DNA of 64,000 nt from Chloroflexota bacterium (GCA_958295775.1 CATQHC010000003.1:91419-155418); one strand, 5' to 3'. Shown: positions 9,425-19,937, counted from the first letter of the stretch. Made by a program: numbers and translations. The notes: generated by a model not told the origin, from the sequence alone.

Positions 9425-10087
9425 ATGCGAATTGCTCAAGTTGCTGGAGTAATCTTCGACGTAGACGGGCTCATGGCCGATAGCGAGCCCCTGCACCGCG
9501 CTGCGTGGCGGGAACTCGGCCGCGAATGCGGCTTTCCCACATACCCGGAGGACGACAGGGAGAGCCTGGGATTGCGCGTAAGCGACAATTTGCGGCGGCG
9601 CCATGCGCAGGGTCGCTTTACCCAAGAGCCGTCGCTGATGCTCGAGCGCTACCATGAGATCCTCATCAGACTGATCAGAGCACGGCTGGTACCGAAGCGC
9701 GGGCTGAAAGCGGCGCTGGACTTCGTGCGCGGGCAGGGCTGGCGCTGCGGGACGGCCTCGTCGGGCGACAGAGTGTATATCGACGTCGTACTCGACGTAC
9801 TTGGGATACGCGCCTCCTTCCAGGCGGTTGCGACAGGAGACGAGGTAGTCGAAGGAAAACCCCATCCGGCGCTCTATCTACTTGCGGCTGAGCGATTAGG
9901 CGTACCGCCGCCGGACTGCGTGGCGCTGGAAGACAGCCCCCGTGGCGTGGCCTCGGCGAAAGCGGCCGGGATGCGGTGTATTGCGGTGCCTGAGGGCACA
10001 AGAGTGATTGCGGAAGCCGACGCGGTGTGCGAGTCGCTCCCGGCAGCGAGGGACGTGCTGCGGGAATGGAGCCAAGGGGCGCGCTGA
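9425..10087 (+). CDS. HAD-family phosphatase (beta-PGM/CbbY-like)
   Basis: IFDVDGLMADSE, GKPHPALY and ALEDSPRGVASAKAAGM motifs. Confidence 0.9.
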   Translation: MRIAQVAGVIFDVDGLMADSEPLHRAAWRELGRECGFPTYPEDDRESLGLRVSDNLRRRHAQGRFTQEPSLMLERYHEILIRLIRARLVPKRGLKAALDFVRGQGWRCGTASSGDRVYIDVVLDVLGIRASFQAVATGDEVVEGKPHPALYLLAAERLGVPPPDCVALEDSPRGVASAKAAGMRCIAVPEGTRVIAEADAVCESLPAARDVLREWSQGAR

Positions 10088-10224
10088 GCGCATGAGATGC
10101 CTCCGGGCTACCGGCGCTGCCGCCTAGCGTCCACCGCCCGCTGGGTTCTGCTAGACTGATTCCGGGCGCCTGACAGCGAATTCTTCCGGTAATCTGTGCC
10201 CACAATTTGGATAAGGATAGAAGA

Positions 10225-11019
10225 ATGGACAGAGACGCGCTGCCGAAAAAGCCTGCCGAGCTGCGGGCGCTCGTCCGCACGGGTGAGTGGGATACGACGA
10301 CCGAAGGGCTGGCGCCGGGTTTCGTGCAGGCGAATCTGGCGATTGTGCCCAAGGATCTGGCATTCGACTTTCTCCTCTTCTGCCAGCGCAACTCTCAGCC
10401 GTGTCCGGTGCTGGAGGTGCTGGAGCCCGGCGCGTACGAGCCGCGGGAGACGGCCCCCGGCGCGGACATTCGCACGGACGTGCCGCGCTACCGTATCTAC
10501 GAACACGGCGAGCTTGTGGACGAGGTTACGGACATCTCGGACCGCTGGCAGGATGACTTTGTGTCGTTCCTGCTTGGGTGCAGCTTTAGCTTTGAATCCG
10601 CCATGCTCGCCGCCGGTATTCCGCTGCGCCACTTGCAGGCGGGCAACGACGTGCCGGTCTACGTGACGAATCGGGAGACAACGGCTGCCGGCGCCTTCTC
10701 CGGCCCGCTGGTGGTCAGCATGCGCCCGATTCACCATACGCAGGTAGTGCGCGCGGTGCAGACAACGTCCCGCTTTCCGGGCGTCCACGGCGCGCCGGTG
10801 CACATCGGCGACCCGCGGGAAATCGGCATTACGGACCTCGATGACCCGCAGTGGGGCGCCCGCACCGACGTGCGCGACGGCGAGGTGCCCGTCTTCTGGG
10901 CGTGTGGTGTGACCCCGCAGGCAGTTGCGCTGGCAAGTAAGCCGCCGCTCATGATCACCCACGCTGCCGGCCACATGTTCCTCACCGACCTGCAGGACGC
11001 CCACCTGGCGGTACTCTAG
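10225..11019 (+). CDS. Putative hydro-lyase / D-glutamate cyclase-like (DUF1445)
   Basis: GFVQANL, FCQRNSQPCP, LGCSFSFE and FWACGVTPQ motifs. Confidence 0.9.
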   Translation: MDRDALPKKPAELRALVRTGEWDTTTEGLAPGFVQANLAIVPKDLAFDFLLFCQRNSQPCPVLEVLEPGAYEPRETAPGADIRTDVPRYRIYEHGELVDEVTDISDRWQDDFVSFLLGCSFSFESAMLAAGIPLRHLQAGNDVPVYVTNRETTAAGAFSGPLVVSMRPIHHTQVVRAVQTTSRFPGVHGAPVHIGDPREIGITDLDDPQWGARTDVRDGEVPVFWACGVTPQAVALASKPPLMITHAAGHMFLTDLQDAHLAVL

Positions 11020-11084
11020 CCACAGACGGTCTGGGGCAGCGTACCGAGCGCAGCAGGGACTGAAGGGAGAGGCCGGGAGGCTAT

Positions 11085-12296
11085 CTACGCGCCCACTACC
11101 GCATGTTCCTTGACGAAATCTAGAATGCGGCCGGCTCGCTGCGCCCACGTGTAGTCTTGGACATCCCGCTGCGCCTCGGCTGCCAGGTCCGCCGCCAAGG
11201 CCGGTTCCGCAAGCACGTGTTGGATGCCTTGCGCGAGGCCGGACGGGTCGTCGGGCGGTACCAGCCAGCCGTTCTCGCCGTGGCGCAGCACTTCACGCAG
11301 AGAGGGCAGGTCCGAGGCGACGACGGGCCGGCCGGCGGCCATGTACTCGAAGAGCTTGAGCGGCGAGGTATGGTCGCGCGAGATCGCTGCCTGCGCGGTG
11401 TTCGGCAGCACGAGCACGTCCGCCGCCGCCTGATAGAGCGGTACCAACTCCGGGGCCACGTGACCGATAAGGCTGACGTTGGTGAGTCCCTGCGCCCGCA
11501 CCAGCGCCTGCGCCTCCGCAAGCTCGCCGGGTGCGCCGCCCACCAGACACAGCGTGGCTTCCGGCAGCGCCGCCATGGCGGCAATGAGCGTATGCACGCC
11601 TTTCCAGCGGTAGAACTGGCCGGTGTAGCAGATCAACGGACGCTCAGTGGGGAGCTCCAGGCGGGCGCGGGCCGCCGCCGGAGCCGGCAGTTGCGCATAA
11701 CGGGCAATGTCCACGCCATCCGGCGCGGTGAGCACGCTGTCTGCCGCTACCCCAAGCTCCATATAGAAGCGGCGAATGCTCTCCGTGATGGTGACGATGC
11801 CGTCAAGGCGCGGCGCCAGCCGGCGGGCTTGGCGCAAAGACCAGGGAGTTTCCGGCGTGGTATGCGCCTCATAGAAGAGCCGCCAGCGGTGCTGAGGATC
11901 GGCCGCGCGCAGCAGCGAGAGAAAAGTAATGTCGCGTGAGTAGCAGACCCCGGCGCGATGTGCCAAGACCCGCTGCAAGGCTTTCAAGGCAAACGTCCCG
12001 GTTTGCAGATAGTGGCTGAGCCGCGGCAGCGGCGTGCGAGTGAGCTGGGGGTGGTCTATCGTGACAGTCTTGATGGGGTCGACGCACGGGACCGGCTGCA
12101 TGGCAAAGGCAGCCGGCACGCCGTAGTAAGCATAGGCGTCGTCGATTGCGCCCCATTGACCGTATGCCCGCCGCCGCGGATAGAGCAGGTCCACCTGTAC
12201 GCGGTGCGCCCCGAACGCCGCGCACATTTGCATCACCTGGTAGGCGCTGGCGCGTTCGCTGGGAATGCGGGTATTGGTGATGTAGAACAGTCTCAT
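11085..12296 (-). CDS. Glycosyltransferase family 4
   Basis: YTGQFYRWKGV and SPLKLFEYMAAGRPVVASD motifs. Confidence 0.92.
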   Translation of the reverse strand: MRLFYITNTRIPSERASAYQVMQMCAAFGAHRVQVDLLYPRRRAYGQWGAIDDAYAYYGVPAAFAMQPVPCVDPIKTVTIDHPQLTRTPLPRLSHYLQTGTFALKALQRVLAHRAGVCYSRDITFLSLLRAADPQHRWRLFYEAHTTPETPWSLRQARRLAPRLDGIVTITESIRRFYMELGVAADSVLTAPDGVDIARYAQLPAPAAARARLELPTERPLICYTGQFYRWKGVHTLIAAMAALPEATLCLVGGAPGELAEAQALVRAQGLTNVSLIGHVAPELVPLYQAAADVLVLPNTAQAAISRDHTSPLKLFEYMAAGRPVVASDLPSLREVLRHGENGWLVPPDDPSGLAQGIQHVLAEPALAADLAAEAQRDVQDYTWAQRAGRILDFVKEHAVVGA

Positions 12297-12659
12297 GATT
12301 TGATACTATGCGCGCTTTGTTAACCCAAACGCTCGGCGCTAACCTCTTTCTGTTGGGCCTAAACCGGTTGCAGGCTGAACGCTGTCGTGGATTCCCCCAA
12401 TCATGGCGCAGTTCCCGCCGCTCGCGCGGCGGCACGCCTGTGCTGGACTCATCAGTGTGCGCAACACAAACGACATGTGACGGCGAGCTTTATCATCACT
12501 GAATCCAGCCATAGTCTAGGGGCTGTGCCGTTAGAAAGCCTGTCACAGCGCCAATCTAACCGTATCACATCGATGATTCCCTGGCTGTGCACGCTTGCTA
12601 ACCGGGCGGGAATGCAGCATTCTACTATAAACTCTGACAAACACGAAAGAGAGGCAGCA

Positions 12660-13595
12660 ATGCCGCGGCGCGTGAGAATCTCGACAGTTTCCTTTCTTCT
12701 AGGCGGCGGGCCGGTTACGCAGGCCGCACGCTACGATCAGGCATTTTGCTACCTGGAGTCGGCGCTGGCGGACAGACCCGATCTCATCCTGTTGCCGGAA
12801 ATGTTCGAAACGATGGGCTGTGTGGAGTGGCAGGAGATTGGGCGGCGGGACGACCCGGAGGAGCGCTTCGCAGCCGCGCTGGCATGCGCTATGACCGAAG
12901 ACGGGCCGGTTGCCGCGCGCTTTCGACACTTCGCCGCGCGGCACAACGTGACCGTGGTCTCGAACAACCTGACGCGAGCGGGCGATGCCCTCTACAACCA
13001 GGCGACATTCTACGGCAGGCACGGCGACATTGTCGGCCGTTACCGCAAAGTGCAACCCACCGAGAACGAATACGAAGTGAAGGGGATCTCGCCCGGCGAC
13101 ACGATTGAGCCTATCGAGGTGGACGGCGTGCGTTACGGCGTCTTCATCTGCAACGACCAAGCCTTTCCCGAGATCTGCCAGCTTTATGGTTTTCAAGGCA
13201 CGGACGTGCTCCTGCATCCCACGCAGGCCGCCGGGCCGACTGAGACCATTCGCTCCGAGATGTTGCGCACCCGCGCCCACGACACCTCCTGCTTTCTGGT
13301 CACGTCTACGTTTGTCCAAGACAGACCGCTGGGGTGGCAGCACCGCCAAAGCCACGCGACCATCTACGATTTCAACGGCTTTACCCTGGCTGAGAGCGGC
13401 CATCGCGACGGCCACGTGACCGCAACCCTCGACCTGGATGAGGAACGCTGGACAAGTTGGTGCACCAAGTACGACCACCGCCGCACAATCCTGCGCCAGC
13501 ACCGCACCGACCTCTACGCCCGCGCCTACGCAACGCTGGCCCAGGGCAAAGAGAACATGATCCCGGTGGCGGAACCAAGCACGGTGAGTTCGTAA
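12660..13595 (+). CDS. Carbon-nitrogen hydrolase (nitrilase superfamily)
   Basis: E-K-C triad in LILLPEMF, RYRKVQP and VFICNDQAFPE; GAGG RBS. Confidence 0.88.
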   Translation: MPRRVRISTVSFLLGGGPVTQAARYDQAFCYLESALADRPDLILLPEMFETMGCVEWQEIGRRDDPEERFAAALACAMTEDGPVAARFRHFAARHNVTVVSNNLTRAGDALYNQATFYGRHGDIVGRYRKVQPTENEYEVKGISPGDTIEPIEVDGVRYGVFICNDQAFPEICQLYGFQGTDVLLHPTQAAGPTETIRSEMLRTRAHDTSCFLVTSTFVQDRPLGWQHRQSHATIYDFNGFTLAESGHRDGHVTATLDLDEERWTSWCTKYDHRRTILRQHRTDLYARAYATLAQGKENMIPVAEPSTVSS

Positions 13596-13659
13596 CATGC
13601 ATCGCTAAACGCCGAGTCTCGAAGAAATACGCAACTGTCGCAGGGCAGTCTCTTGTCCG

Positions 13660-14670
13660 TCATGCCCGCGCACGCGGGAAGGTGGACTCACATTTCAAGT
13701 GCAACACTTGGTTCATGAATACTTCTGCTGGCGTTTGGTAGTCAAGACACTTGCGCGGGGTGTGGTTGTAGGCCTGCACGAGTTGCGCAAAGCGTTCCTC
13801 GGTTACGGTCGCCAGATCGGTCTTGCGCGGCAGCCCGCGCCGCAGGCGCCCGATAGCATTTTCGATGCCGCCTTTCTGCCAGGGAGAGTGGGTGTCGCAG
13901 AAGAAGGTCTGCATCCCCAGGTCATGGAGGCGGTAGTGGCGCGCGAACTCGGTGCCGTTGTCGAAGGTGGCGGTTTGACGCCACTCTGGAGGCAAGGAAG
14001 CGAACAGGTCGTGCATGGCAGTGGCGATAGGTTCGGCGGCCTTGCCGGGCGGTCGCGTGGCGATGAGCAAGCGCGAGTGGCGCTCGTGCAAGGTCAAGAC
14101 GGCTTGGCCGTAGGTGCGAAAGAGCATCAGGTCCACCTCCCAATGACCGGGGGATTGGCGGTCTGCCGCCGTCTGGGGCCGTTCTGCCAGCGGTCGGCGC
14201 TGGGCAATGAACGAGGCCGGACTGCCGCCTCTGCGCCCCCGCCAGCCGCGTTTGGACTTGCCCCGCGGCAGGTAGTGCCGCCACGTGTAGTCCTTGGTGC
14301 GTGCCATTTGCGCGTAGATAAAGCGATAGATGGTCTCGTGGGAGATGACCGGGCCGCTGGCGTCCCGCGCCAAGCGTCCGGATACCTGCTCCGGCGACCA
14401 GCCAGCTCGCAAGTATCCCAGCACCACCTCCCGCAAGGCAGCATCTCGCTCCAGCTTGCCGCCGCCCCAACGCCGCGCCAACGCCTGTTCCTGGGCATAT
14501 CTCGCCTGATACCCCTGCTTCCCGGACCCATTGCGTATTACCTCCCGCGTAATGGTCGATGGCGCGCGATCCAGAGCTGTAGCAATTTTCCGCTGCGACT
14601 GCCCCGCGGCGAGAAGTCTGGCCACTTCACACCGCTCTTCAATGGTAAAATGCGTGTATCTCTTTCCCAT
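13660..14670 (-). CDS. IS30-family transposase
   Basis: N-terminal HTH (IATALDRAPSTITREV), WSPEQVSG, SHETIY and the DDE motifs GHWEVD, TFDNGTEF, SPWQKGGIEN. Confidence 0.95.
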   Translation of the reverse strand: MGKRYTHFTIEERCEVARLLAAGQSQRKIATALDRAPSTITREVIRNGSGKQGYQARYAQEQALARRWGGGKLERDAALREVVLGYLRAGWSPEQVSGRLARDASGPVISHETIYRFIYAQMARTKDYTWRHYLPRGKSKRGWRGRRGGSPASFIAQRRPLAERPQTAADRQSPGHWEVDLMLFRTYGQAVLTLHERHSRLLIATRPPGKAAEPIATAMHDLFASLPPEWRQTATFDNGTEFARHYRLHDLGMQTFFCDTHSPWQKGGIENAIGRLRRGLPRKTDLATVTEERFAQLVQAYNHTPRKCLDYQTPAEVFMNQVLHLKCESTFPRARA

Positions 14671-14714
14671 GGCAACACCTTAGCAAAGTGTTGCACTTCG
14701 TTTGTGAGTCTAGA
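13681..14714 (-). mobile_element. IS30-family insertion sequence with ~26-bp imperfect terminal IRs and 3-bp target duplication (GAA)
   Basis: IRs GGTGGACTCACATTTCAAGTGCAACA (13681-13706) and TGTTGCACTTCGTTTGTGAGTCTAGA (14689-14714); GAA on both flanks. Confidence 0.9.
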
Positions 14715-14909
14715 GAATCCAGTCTCGGCGAGGGTTGCGCAAAACCAATCGGGTTGCGGTCAAGCAACCGGAGTCTCTTGGCGGTCGCCGGCGCAGCTAG
14801 TATCAAGAGTGCAGGGCCGCACCCAGAGGCGGGTGACTTTGTTAACGGACATGACGCACGAGGCAACGGTCTAGCCGGCGAGAACAAGAAACTGCACGCC
14901 GCATAGCGG

Positions 14910-16106
14910 TCACTTTGTTGACGAGACGGCGCCAGGGGCAGCCGCGGTGACGCGATTGAAAACCTCCACGAACCGGTCCGTCAGGCCGGCGACACCGTGG
15001 TGGTCGACGACCAGCCGGCGCAAAGCGCGGCCCAACTCGCTGCGGTAGTCCGGCTCCAGCGTGAGCACCTGTGCCAGGCGCTGCGCAAGCTCCTCCGGGT
15101 TGCTGGGGGCGAACATGAGCAGGTCGGCGTGGTCGGCGAGCACCGGCGCGAACGACTCGTTGCAGGTGAGCGGCGGCTTCTCGCACGCCATCGCCTCCAG
15201 CACCACTTTATCAATCGAACCCGTGTGACTGGAGTTGATGAGCACGGCGCAGCGGCGGTATTCCTCCACCATGCGGCGATTGGGCACCTTGCCGACGAAC
15301 GTCACATGCTCGGCCAGCCCAAGCTCATCTACCAGTTTCTCCAATTCGGCAAGGTAGGCGTGGTCGTCGGCAAAGAAGGGCGTGCCGATAATACGCAGGC
15401 GCGCGTCAACCGTGGGCTTCTGTGAGCGCAGCCTGGCGAGCGCCTGGATGATAGTGCCGTAGTCCTTGGAGCGAGAAAGCCGCCCCACCGTGAGCAAGAC
15501 CTTGCTGCCTGCAGACACAGGCGCAATATCGCCGTCCGTTGCCGCGTCGCTAGGGCCGGTAGCGCGGGTTTGCAACCTGCGTCCATCCGTGGTGGCCGTG
15601 GGTTCCCGCTCGGCCGCCGTGAAATAGTCCGTATCAATGCCGTGGCCGGTGACAATCCGCTTCGGACTGTTGATACGGAACGATTCAGGTGAGGCGGTGA
15701 CCACCGCCGCCACCAGCCGGTGGGCGAGACGCAAGTAACTGCTCACGGTACCATGGGCGTTCCAAAGCACTATTGGTATGCCGAAAAGGCGGGCAAGCGG
15801 CGCGGCGAGAATTGCATAACGCGGCACCATGTGCACGAAGATGACGTCAACTTCGCGCCCCCGCAGTAAGCGCCAGAGATGACCATAGAAATTCTTGAGC
15901 AAGCTGAGCTTATTGGCGCTCCGCTCCTTGCCCATAGAGTACAACGAGACGTTATCTGGCAGGTCTGCTGTGCCGACACTGAGCGCCAACACGGCAACGT
16001 GGCCTACTTTTGGCGCGAGGTGCCGAATCCAGGTAAGGGTCACGCCGAGCAGCGCGCTATTCTCATCGATCTCTTGGGTGACGAGGAGGACACGCATGGG
16101 TAGCAC
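14910..16106 (-). CDS. Glycosyltransferase family 4
   Basis: TVGRLSRSKD and GSIDKVVLEAMACEKP motifs; AAGGAG RBS before GTG. Confidence 0.9.
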   Translation of the reverse strand: MLPMRVLLVTQEIDENSALLGVTLTWIRHLAPKVGHVAVLALSVGTADLPDNVSLYSMGKERSANKLSLLKNFYGHLWRLLRGREVDVIFVHMVPRYAILAAPLARLFGIPIVLWNAHGTVSSYLRLAHRLVAAVVTASPESFRINSPKRIVTGHGIDTDYFTAAEREPTATTDGRRLQTRATGPSDAATDGDIAPVSAGSKVLLTVGRLSRSKDYGTIIQALARLRSQKPTVDARLRIIGTPFFADDHAYLAELEKLVDELGLAEHVTFVGKVPNRRMVEEYRRCAVLINSSHTGSIDKVVLEAMACEKPPLTCNESFAPVLADHADLLMFAPSNPEELAQRLAQVLTLEPDYRSELGRALRRLVVDHHGVAGLTDRFVEVFNRVTAAAPGAVSSTK

Positions 16107-16119
16107 TGCTCCTTAGCCT

Positions 16120-17253
16120 TCACACGGCGCCAATCAGGCGCAAGTAGCCTGCCGCGTACCGCTGGATGCCCGGGCCGTACGCAAAGGGTTGGACGGCAGC
16201 ACGGGCGGCGTGGCCGAGACGCTGCAGGGACTGGCTCTCGAGCACAGTGAGCAGCCCTTCGCTCAGGCTCTCTGGATTCCAGTCTACCAGGTAGCCGTTT
16301 TCACCAGAGGCGATGACTTCCGGCATGGCGCCAACGCGAGTGCTGACGACGGGCAGTCCGCACGCCATGCCTTCCAGCGTCGTGCGCGGCCCGCCCTCAT
16401 TGAACGACGCGCAGACTACCACGCGGGCGGTATTGTAGGCCCGGGCAACCGCCGCCTGGTCGGGCAACCAGCCCAGGAACCGGACGTTCCGCTGCAGGCC
16501 GAGTTTTTCGATGTGCCGGTCGAGCGTATCCCTCAGCCCGCCTTCGCCAACAACGTGGAGAGAGATATCCGGCTTGCGCTGCTTGGCAAGGGCGAGGGCA
16601 TCCAGCAGCAGCAAAAGCCCTTTGTTCTTCACCAGCCGGCACACGATGATAGCGTCGGCTTCCTTGGCGACCGCCTGGGGCACGAACGTTTGAAGGTCAA
16701 GGTAGTGGGACGGCAAGACCAGTATCTTATGTTGCGGCACGCCCCAGGCGCGGTAGAGGCTGGGAATCTCTCGTTCGTTGCCGGCGCGAAACGCGGCAGC
16801 GCGCCCCTTTGCCCACTGCACATACAGCCAATAGAGTCTCTTTTCCACATGCTCAGTCAGGTCCGCGGCCCTGGGATGTCCCGGTACGTGAAAGATTTCC
16901 GATACGTACGGTATGCCTGCGCTGCGCGCCAGCCCGGTCGCGGCCCGCCCGTTGCTGAAAAGGCCGTAGTCGTGACTGACGATTAGCCCATAGTTGCGCT
17001 CTTGCAGCAACGCGTGGCCCTGCGCTGCAATAAAACGCGCGCGGCTGAGCTTGCCGCCGCCGCTCGGGTGAATGAAGACGTTGGGAAAGGGTTGTTGCGG
17101 CGCGGCGCCGCGCTGGGGCGGCACGATAACGTCTATGCGCTGCCAGTAGCGCCGCAACTCCGCCAGCGTGTAGTAGAAGGGGCCTTTGCGACCGCGGGAA
17201 ACGTCCCGGTCGCCGCTGAGCATGAGCAGATTCGGCCTGTTGTTCTGCGCCAT
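16120..17253 (-). CDS. Glycosyltransferase family 4
   Basis: CRLVKNKGL and NEGGPRTTLEGMACGLPVVSTRVG motifs; start set at MAQNNRPNLLMLSGD. Confidence 0.88.
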   Translation of the reverse strand: MAQNNRPNLLMLSGDRDVSRGRKGPFYYTLAELRRYWQRIDVIVPPQRGAAPQQPFPNVFIHPSGGGKLSRARFIAAQGHALLQERNYGLIVSHDYGLFSNGRAATGLARSAGIPYVSEIFHVPGHPRAADLTEHVEKRLYWLYVQWAKGRAAAFRAGNEREIPSLYRAWGVPQHKILVLPSHYLDLQTFVPQAVAKEADAIIVCRLVKNKGLLLLLDALALAKQRKPDISLHVVGEGGLRDTLDRHIEKLGLQRNVRFLGWLPDQAAVARAYNTARVVVCASFNEGGPRTTLEGMACGLPVVSTRVGAMPEVIASGENGYLVDWNPESLSEGLLTVLESQSLQRLGHAARAAVQPFAYGPGIQRYAAGYLRLIGAV

Positions 17254-17344
17254 CGAGTCCACGTGCAATGCTTGATGAGAGGGGAGGCGCCTCTCTGCGT
17301 GATGTGCCGATCGCAGGCTTCTAAAGAGCAGGCTGCGGCCGGTC

Positions 17345-18544
17345 TTACGCGGGGCCTTCTCGCTCTCTGCGTTGTTGCGGCGCTTTGGGCAGCGGTTGTT
17401 CCCCGGCGAGGCGCTGCAGCACCGCTTCCGTCTCGGCAACCAACCGCGACCACACGAAATAGTCCAGCCCTGCCCCTGCCGCCGCGCTGAGCCGCGCGCC
17501 TTCTTCCGGCGCGGCCAGCAGTTCGTTGATCGCCGCCGCCATGGCCGCAAGATCGTCGAGTGGCGTGAGGATGCCGGTCTTGCCGTGTTCGATCACTTCA
17601 AAGTTGCCGCCCACCGCTGTGGTGACAATGGGCACGCCCACCGAGCGCACCTCCAGCAGCGTGTGGGAAAGCCCCTCATACTGCGTGTTCAAGACAAAGA
17701 CATCGGCGGCGCGCAGATAGAGCGGTACCTGCGCGTGGGGCACGCGCCCTACGAAAACGACCCGGTCGGCGACGCCTTGGTCTCGCGCGCGTTGTTCGAG
17801 CACCGCCTGTTCGGGACCGTCGCCGACAATTACGAGCTTGGCATCCGGGTGAAGCTGCGGCACGAGGTCGATGAGTTGGTCCACGTTCTTCCAGGCGTAG
17901 AGGCGCGCCACAGTCATAACCGTGGGAAAGTCGAAACCAAGCCGGGCCTTGGCCGACTCTTCCGTTTCGTCCACGCGCACCGCCTCGGTGAGCGCGTTGT
18001 AGATCACCTGCACACGCTCGTCCGGCACGCCCCAGCCGACTACCAGCGACTTCACGTAGTTGCTCGGCGTAATGACGATATGGGCGTTGCGGGCGTAGAA
18101 GCGCTGCAGATTGCGGATGATCTCCACCCGCCACGCGTGCCGTTCGGTCTGAAAGGCGTCAATGTGCGCCACGTCCCAGTTGTGGCGAATGGCGTACTCC
18201 CAGGCAAAGTCGCCGACGACCTTGAGCGCCCGCGGCTTGCGCAGCAGCTTGCTCGCGATGATGGCGGGCAGGTCGGCGCCGTTGACGTAGATCACGTCGG
18301 CAGTGCGGGCGACCCGCAGGGCCGTGCGTATGAGCGACAAGTACCGCCGCCAGACCGGCAATTGCCGCGACACCTTGTAGACCGGAAAGGGAAACACGGC
18401 CGACGTGTCAGCGGGATCGTCGGCAGTGGCGATGACGGCAACCGTGTGCCCCCGCTCGTGCAGCTCCTCGGCGAGATGCGATACATAGGTGGCGGGACCG
18501 CCAATGTCCGGGGGAAAGATGTTCGTGATGAAGCAGATGTTCAC
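17345..18544 (-). CDS. Glycosyltransferase family 4
   Basis: FPPDIGGPATY, ARLYAWKNVD and YEGLSHTLLE motifs. Confidence 0.92.
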   Translation of the reverse strand: MNICFITNIFPPDIGGPATYVSHLAEELHERGHTVAVIATADDPADTSAVFPFPVYKVSRQLPVWRRYLSLIRTALRVARTADVIYVNGADLPAIIASKLLRKPRALKVVGDFAWEYAIRHNWDVAHIDAFQTERHAWRVEIIRNLQRFYARNAHIVITPSNYVKSLVVGWGVPDERVQVIYNALTEAVRVDETEESAKARLGFDFPTVMTVARLYAWKNVDQLIDLVPQLHPDAKLVIVGDGPEQAVLEQRARDQGVADRVVFVGRVPHAQVPLYLRAADVFVLNTQYEGLSHTLLEVRSVGVPIVTTAVGGNFEVIEHGKTGILTPLDDLAAMAAAINELLAAPEEGARLSAAAGAGLDYFVWSRLVAETEAVLQRLAGEQPLPKAPQQRREREGPA

Positions 18545-18802
18545 GGCAGCGCTAAACCCTACTCGTCGAAGACTGGACAGCGCACGTCGTCAGGACATCG
18601 TCGCTCTGGTCGCCGCCTGTGCGAAAGAGAACGAAGGGTCCAAAAGCTTGGCCCCATTAGGCGGGAAATTGAGGCCCTGCTGAAACCACAAGTCCCCTCT
18701 CCCCGAGGGAGAGGGCTAGGGTGAAGGTTTACGTCAGTCAACTGCCCCCGTCCTAAAGCTTTGACGGCATTGCACTTCCAAAGCGGTCGAGCGTCGCCAG
18801 GA

Positions 18803-19309
18803 CTAGCGAGAATCCCCACTCGCCCCGTCAGTCCCGGGGGAAACTCCCTCCACCCACACCTCGCCGTCGGCGTAGGCCTCTTTCTTCCAGATTGGCACCG
18901 TCTCTTTCAACCGATTAATCGCAAACTCGCAAGCTTCGAAAGACTCTTTCCGGTGGGGTGTTGCTACCGCAATTGCCACCGAGACGTCGCCGATCTCCAG
19001 CTTGCCGATACGATGCAGCATGGCCACCTGACACTCCGGCCACTGCGCATAGACTTCCACGGCGATCTTGCGCATCTCGGCCTCTGCCATTTCCGGGTAC
19101 GCCTCGTACGTGAGGCCGGTGACGTGCTTGCCTCGCGCATGGTTGCGCACCGTGCCGGAGAACGTCGCCACCGCGCCGTATGCGTCCGTAAGCACGTGCG
19201 GGATCAGTTCGTCAGCCGTGATCGTCCGCTCGAGGATGCGGAAGATACCCGCCTCGACCTTCTCCGCTGCTGTTATGGCTATAGTCATCGCGACGCTGCT
19301 CCCTGTCAA
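18803..19309 (-). CDS. moaE: Molybdopterin synthase catalytic subunit
   Basis: GAVATFSGTVRN, YEAYPEMA, HRIGKL and LKETVPIWKKE motifs. Confidence 0.95.
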   Translation of the reverse strand: MTGSSVAMTIAITAAEKVEAGIFRILERTITADELIPHVLTDAYGAVATFSGTVRNHARGKHVTGLTYEAYPEMAEAEMRKIAVEVYAQWPECQVAMLHRIGKLEIGDVSVAIAVATPHRKESFEACEFAINRLKETVPIWKKEAYADGEVWVEGVSPGTDGASGDSR

Positions 19310-19569
19310 AGACTGCCGCCGCTCACCGGCGGGATGAAGGCTACTTCGTCACCGGCCTGAAGCACCGTTTCCGCCGATGCGTACGAGCGGTTGACCGAGA
19401 AAGATACCGCTGATTCCGCGCCTGCCAAACCCGGATGCTCGGCTATGAGTTGCGCCAGCACCTGCCCTACCGTGGCGCCGCGCGGCACCTCGCGCGCAAG
19501 GGTGCTCGCGCCCAGGGTTTCGCGAAAGATCGCAAAGAGCCGCAGTGTGATCGCTACGTTCTCAGCCAT
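19306..19569 (-). CDS. moaD: Molybdopterin synthase sulfur carrier
   Basis: LFAIFRE...DEVAFIPPVSGG-SL; adjacent to moaE. Confidence 0.93.
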   Translation of the reverse strand: MAENVAITLRLFAIFRETLGASTLAREVPRGATVGQVLAQLIAEHPGLAGAESAVSFSVNRSYASAETVLQAGDEVAFIPPVSGGSL

Positions 19570-19632
19570 GGCGCGCCTTCCTCCCTTGCCGCTATGCAAT
19601 CTCAGTATACCAAAGCCGCATTCGCAGATGAG

Positions 19633-19660
19633 GTAGGGGCACGACATGTCGTGCCCCTAC
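19633..19660. repeat. GTAG-type REP palindrome, family A (GTAGGGGCACGACATGTCGTGCCCCTAC)
   Basis: Near-identical copies at 21239-21262, 47708-47735 and 62471-62500; variants at 22913-22938 and 34858-34883. Confidence 0.88.
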
Positions 19661-19937
19661 GTAGCCGGCCGGCAGCTTGGATACATTCCTGATTAGGCCC
19701 CCGGACGTTACAGGAAGCCGGTAGTGGGTTGCCGATTCTGGTTCTTGGCTGTATACCTGCGCGGGATATTCGGTCATTCGCGCTGCAAAGCGGCAGCGCG
19801 AATCGCTCCTACGGGACCGAGCCGAACTTGGTACCATGCGAATAATGGACACCTGAGGGGGTATGCAATCGAGGCAGTGCCGGCGTCGGCTGGACGTTTG
19901 GACGGGATGGCGTTGACCGCACGAAAGGACTACGACG

